A stretch of DNA of 63,981 nt, filler included, from Hyphochytrium catenoides (taxonomy: Eukaryota > Protista > Hyphochytriomycota): the NCBI GenBank assembly GCA_900088475.1. It is 8 parts of 8 records of this genome, joined end to end, with 100 filler letters (N's around TTAATTAATTAA, not from the genome) between each part and the next. Parts side by side here need not be neighbours in the genome. Positions count along the whole stretch, not along the records: positions 52,262 to 62,478 come from FLMG01000430.1; positions 62,579 to 63,981 come from FLMG01003198.1; 6 more parts are not named here. One strand, given 5' to 3'. Numbering within the stretch: position 1 is the stretch's first letter; each line of letters begins with the position of its first letter. This document shows, in pieces, positions 58,705 to 63,981 of this stretch. The notes beneath the pieces were generated by a model. That model did no database searches and was not told the DNA's origin. It saw nothing but the letters and a program-made list of their open reading frames with translations. Both the position numbers and the translations under genes were made by a program.

Positions 58705-59388
58705 TTAGTGCACCACGGGCTTCAAGGGCTCTGCTCTGATGCTCTCAAAGTCTATCTTCTCCTCCACATCCTCATTGATTTCTCCTATCACAGCGCTAAG
58801 GGGATAAAGGAGTCGGTTAGGTTCTGCCCATAATCGAGAGCAACCACGTAGGGATAGGTACAGAAGGCAGATGAGATAGAGTGCAAGAGTAAGACAGAGT
58901 TCCTGGACGCGGGCAAGGGTACCAAGGAGGAGAAGCGGAGGGGTATCGGGAAGAAGCAATAACCGCGAAAAAGAGGAGACACGCCGCAGAGAAGGAAAGA
59001 CATCTCAGAAGGGCTTTCTCACATGTTGTCGCCCCTGACAACGTAGAGCCCAAGGGGTACTATCTCAACCCCTTGGTTCTGACTGAAGACTCGCTCCTCG
59101 CAATGCTCGAGAATGATGTTAATAGTCTGGTCGAAGCCCCTTAGAAATCCCTATTGATCGCCATTGAGCTTCGCTTAGGATCAGCAAGCATAACACTCAG
59201 GACACTCGCATATTTGGCTTACCACATAATTTCTGCCATCGTTGGTGATGACGCTAACTCGCTCTGTGCCACGGTAGAAAGTTTAATGTTCATGTTAGGC
59301 TCAGTGCTAGCGAGAAGAATCCCACTGGGTAAAGTAGAAGTAGGAAAGCTGTCTTACGGTTCTGAAGTGGTTCTAAGCTGGCAGACAT
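58705..59388 (-). CDS. LSM8: U6 snRNA-associated Sm-like protein LSm8, 4 exons
   Basis: The spliced product reads MSASLEPLQN|QRVSVITNDGRNYV|GFLRGFDQTINIILEHCEERVFSQNQGVEIVPLGLYVVRGDN|IAVIGEINEDVEEKIDFESIRAEPLKPVVH*. Confidence 0.95.
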
Positions 59389-60560
59389 CTCGTCTTGGCC
59401 GGGATGCGGTCTGCTAGCTTGCCTCTATAGTCTGGCCATTCAATAACTGCACATACAAGGGGAATCCTCAGTGCTCGGTCGAAGTGCCGTTCGTTTACAG
59501 GTTGTTTAGACGCTGGATTACTGCACGGACAGGCCTTTGTCAGCTAGAAGGGCTATGTCGGTCGGTCCGAGGAGCCTGATGGAATGAAGATTATTGCGTC
59601 TCAAGAATGGACTGAAGATTTGCCATACTTCCAGCTCTCTGTGGGAAACCAGGATTAACACGCAAAGCGCCTCTCGATGTCAAGGATAACCAACCACTAT
59701 ATTCCAAAATAATGCCCATAGGGTGACAACAATTGTTCTTGATAGGGCGTTAGTTTATCTGAAAATATACATCCTCGGATTGCTGTTGATAAGGAATCAG
59801 ACCGCGTCCAGATGAGAAAGTGAAGTGAGACAGAGCAGAAGTAAAGTGCGAGCACTACAAAGGGGAGGGACTGTGAGACACAGCCGAACAGACAGAGAGT
59901 GGTAGAGATATCCATATGCTATAAGGAAAGACTGGGGATGGACGAGGAAGAGCAATGTGACAAGTGGCGGAGAAGAGAACACAGTGCGCTAGGGGAAGCG
60001 CAGATGGGTCCCGCTCCTTCTCATTGTCGCACTTCTCTCTCCTGATCATCGCCAGAGCCAAGGGTTCGCCGCGATAGAGAATCTCTTGCTGCTTCCTTGC
60101 TCTAACCTTGTCTGTCTGTGACTTATAAAGCTCTCAGCTATTCGCTAGAAGATATCTAGAGTGGGCCGATTACCTTGTCACAGTAAAAGAAAGGAAGTCT
60201 CTTCAGGTAACGGCTCTTGATGTTCCACGCCATCCCTTGCCTGGACAACACTGATCTCTCCCTCTCCCTGTGTCCCCCTTTCTGTTTCTTCTCTCTCCCT
60301 CTCTCTCGCACTGTTCCGTGCTTTCTCTGTCCTCGGTATTTGCCGTTATCTATCAGCCCTTGCTAACTGGTCTCCTGGCTTTGCAGGCTGACGGCAGCTC
60401 CAGAGATTCCGCAGCTCTTGTTCTCGTTGAAGCAGCCCATCCTTGAAGAGAGCCGAAGTCGTCTACTAGCTGTTCTTACCTCGTACTTGATCTCTTCCTT
60501 ATATCTATCGCTCCCACTTACACTGCCCCGTATTTCCGACCCTGGTCTACGGCCCGAGCT

Positions 60561-61838
60561 ATGGCCTCAACAGACCCTAGCACCTGGGATATAAGTAACC
60601 CAGACTTCGCGGGCTACCTATACAAACGCAGTACGGACATCTAAGATCTGTCTCGCGCCGTCACTCTCACTCGCATCTTCTCTCTAGTTTCTTACCTGTC
60701 TCTCTACGCCGCTGCTTCCCACTTGCTCGCATCTAGTATCTCTCTTCTCTGCTCCTCGATCTCTCTCTTTCCCCTTCTCTGTCATTCCTCCTCCTTCCAT
60801 CGTTTCTTCGTCTATCTGCTGTCATTATGATGGAGATGAGCTTCGCGTAAGTTTACCTGTGGCCCTTCTTCCTTATCGCTTTGCCAGGCATGTGGCTGAA
60901 GGAGTGGCGTAAGCGATGGTTTGTCCTGAAGGGCAATAAGCTGTTCTTTTGCAAGGCGTCTAACGTAGGCGCTTCTACCTTCTAGCCGTCTGTCTCTCTC
61001 TCTCCATCCTCCCATTGCAAGTTCCTTATCGCACCCCTACCGCAGTTCTGTGACTCCCATGCACCTTTCTGCACTTCTTCCCAGGAGGTTGATGACCCAT
61101 TCTCCCTCGACTCTCTTCTGTCTGTTTTCTAGGAGGGTCCCCACGGCGTAATTGATCTTTCCGAATGTTTGACTGTCAAGTCAGCGGATGATAAGACCAA
61201 CAAGAGGTGGGAGACTTAGGGGAAAGAAGAGATTAAGGGCAGGAAACTGGGAGGGTAGTAAGTCAGGGAGACGCACAGCGAGAGAGGGAGAGACACCGAG
61301 AGAGAGAGAGATAGACAGACAGAGACAGACCGACAGAGAGAGAGAGACACAGAGAGAGAGAGAACAAATTATAGCAGTCAAAGGACAACTGACTGCGATG
61401 TGTCAACTGACGGCGATGTGTTTAGATTCTGCTTTGAAGTGGCAACACCCGAGACAACATACTATATGTACTCAGACACAGAGAAAGAGAAAGACGAGTG
61501 GATTGGCGCGATAGGAAGGTAAACTCCTTTGTTCCCGTCTGATCCATTTTCTGGTCCATGCACGCGCTGGGCTTCATACCAGCTCCTTTTTCCTGTCTCA
61601 TTGTCTTTCATTCTCTCTTTCTCTCTCTCTCTCACTCTCTCTCTCTCTCTGTCTGTCTCTCTTTCTCTTGCTTTCTTCTTTCTTGCTTTCTCTCTCTTCT
61701 TCCCCTCCATCTTCTCTCGCTCCCTATCATTCCCACTCATTCTCTCCCTCGCCCTCTTTTTCTCTTGACGCCAGGGCCATTGTAAAGTTCTCAAGCGCGT
61801 ACACAGGAGATGACGGCTATGATGATTATGAGGATTAG
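60561..61838 (+). CDS. Small PH-domain-only protein (AtPH1-like), 5 exons
   Basis: The spliced product reads MASTDPSTWDISNPDFAGYLYKR|SMWLKEWRKRWFVLKGNKLFFCKASN|EGPHGVIDLSECLTVKSADDKTNK|RFCFEVATPETTYYMYSDTEKEKDEWIGAIG|RAIVKFSSAYTGDDGYDDYED*. All introns are GT-AG. Confidence 0.93.
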
Positions 61839-63008
61839 TCTTATCTTCTCGCTCTGACCTCTCTCTCTTTCTCTTTCGCTCATACGCCTTTCCCGCTGTC
61901 AACATTTTGAATCCGAGCCGCCGCCTCACAGGTTTTCTTGTAGATAAAGACAGTCACCTAGGCTCATGGAATCTCTCCCATCCTTCTCTCTCTCTCTCTT
62001 TCACTGTGTAGCGGTACAATAAAACTTGGTTATCTGGCGCAAGCTCACCAGTGCTGCTACTTCCTGTCATCTACCACTTCTCTTGCTCCTCTCGCTCAGC
62101 GATTCGCTTGGGCTGCTCGGTTTGCCTCTTCCTTTCCTCACGTCCATCCTTCACACCAGTCTTGTTACCAAGAGGGCCCTTCTCTCTCTCTTCCCCCCAC
62201 CCCCTCTTCCTTCTCCTCTCTCTGCTCTCCCTCCTCTCTCTCTTTGGTCCATCCCTCTCTCCCTCTGTCTCTCTACTGTTAATACTCCAAGAGTTGTGTT
62301 AAATTCAGAATCGGAACCTGTATCTTACTGTAAAATCACAGGAATTGAAACAAAAAGCGTTCTACTATTCAGAATAAAGACAGGCATCTTGAAGGTTAAA
62401 GGACGTGCTGCAGAGGATCAGAACTTCCACGAAGAAACGACCTTTTTCCTCTCTTCTCTCCCTCCTTTCTCTCTCTCTNNNNNNNNNNNNNNNNNNNNNN
62501 NNNNNNNNNNNNNNNNNNNNNNTTAATTAATTAANNNNNNNNNNNNNNNNNNNNNNNNNNNNNNNNNNNNNNNNNNNNTTAACTTTATCTGCAAGCTCAT
62601 CAGAGCCTACATGGGGCAGGCCACGAACGCTTACCGGCGATAAAGCGCGCGAGCTGCGGGTAGTAGAGGACCGCGTCACTCTGGCCCCAGCTACCCTGGC
62701 CATATCGATATGCTCTAGCTCAGTAAGGAAAAGAAAAGAAAAGATTTGCAGCTCCTCTTGCTTCTGAACTGAGGGCTAATTGGTCTCTCAATGCATCCAA
62801 CGAGCCAGAGATGGAGCTCCAATAGCCAGCTTGGAACCTAGAGAGGAGCGGATCTTCTTCAGGAGTGCGAGCACGGCTATCGGCAGTTTCCCGTCTCGCG
62901 TAGTCGAGGAGAGACCTCGTCCTGTCAGCTGAAGTTCACCTTCCCCAGATCAACAGCACAGACGACAGAAGTCATGTGTCATGTGAGAGAGAGGAAACAG
63001 AGAGAGAC

Positions 63009-63066
<58 letters not shown>

Positions 63067-63981
63067 AAAGAGGGAGAGGAAGAGAGACTGAACGGGAAAG
63101 AGAGATGAGATAACCAAAGAGAGAGAAAAAAAAACTAAACAAAGTGTGAGAGAGAGACAGAGAGAGAGAGAGCTAGAGAGTGGAGAGGAGGAACAGACAG
63201 AGCACTCTTTCAGGTCAAGCTTCAGTGTTCTAATTAATAATAATATGCCCATTCTATTAGTCCTTTAGTACTTCCAATAAGGATTTAGAGTAAGAGGTGG
63301 TAATACCGACTGATGATGAACTGCTTCCTAATTTGAAATTTCGTACGAGTCCAGGCGTCCTCCAGGTCTACGGGTTAAGATGTCCCTCTCCCTACAAAAT
63401 GTGGACACTTCCGGAAAATTTCCTCAATTGTTCCGTTCCTTTCCCATGAGAGCGCTTCATACAGTGCTGTCCTAAGATGAAAACCTCATACTGTACAAAT
63501 AGATTTTGGACCGCGTACAACACTCGAAAGGCTGTCTGAAGACAAAAGGCGCCAAAAACTATCAAAGGCGGGAAACTAGGGAAGGCGTATCCGGAATAGT
63601 ATCTAGAGGATTATGAATCTGGAGGGAAAGATTCTCGACATCCAAAGCCATATTGCTAACCGCTAACGCCATTTACATATGGCGTTACAAATCGCAGCGT
63701 CACACGGTGGGGATGATGTCTCTTCAGACTGATGAGGCCCTTGCATTGATTGGGAGCAAGAGCTCCTAGAGCAAGCCCAACTCGGGCGATAGCGGGCTGG
63801 CCTCAGATCTCACATCTGCTTTATGATATCAGCTGATGAAAGTGACCACTTAGATCTATGAGATCTGTTGGAGAGGAGACTCATTGGTGGCTCCGTTGAC
63901 CCAGTATATATAGCACCAGAGGCATGTCCAAGGGAGCAACATCGGCGTACGGTACGATCACCTCCAGTGACGGCGAAGGCT

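Noticed and set aside
62579-62645. ICKLIRAYMGQA resembling the Copia RT motif CKL.KALYGLKQA
   Set aside because: It is one short degenerate match at a contig edge with no other RT motifs.
63728-63860. CTGATGA motifs as hammerhead ribozyme cores
   Set aside because: No GAAA follows the putative stem II, and I found no stems I/III.

Overview
This is intron-rich eukaryotic nuclear DNA. A stramenopile or other protist source is inferred from gene styles, not proven. The assembly has ten N-gaps, seven of which are 100-bp spacers carrying an artificial TTAATTAATTAA linker, so adjacency across them is uncertain. Manual GT-AG splicing recovers these conserved genes: TMEM144-like transporter, PUM3/Puf6, NOL11/Utp8-like, a YkgJ (CxxCxxCC) protein with an organellar-type presequence, SERAC1-like, LSM8, a small PH-only protein and the 3' end of an RS-domain protein. 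The most unusual objects are two long genes with no visible introns. One is a >1,140-aa SAM-SAM-atypical kinase with a ROCO-type C-terminal tail. The other is a probable ~2,900-aa receptor-like membrane protein (unknown N-terminal domain, SEA-like, IPT/TIG, Cys-rich, multi-TM, long tail) split by a gap. There is also a three-layer nest of decayed Ty1/Copia sequence, a SnoaL/NTF2-like gene whose CT-rich intron is in frame and stop-free, an interstitial (TAACCC)4 and microexon candidates. Most ORFs in the six-frame track are artefacts of (AG)n/(CT)n microsatellites. I found no convincing RNA genes or CRISPR arrays. All family calls come from motif recognition by eye; no database search was run.
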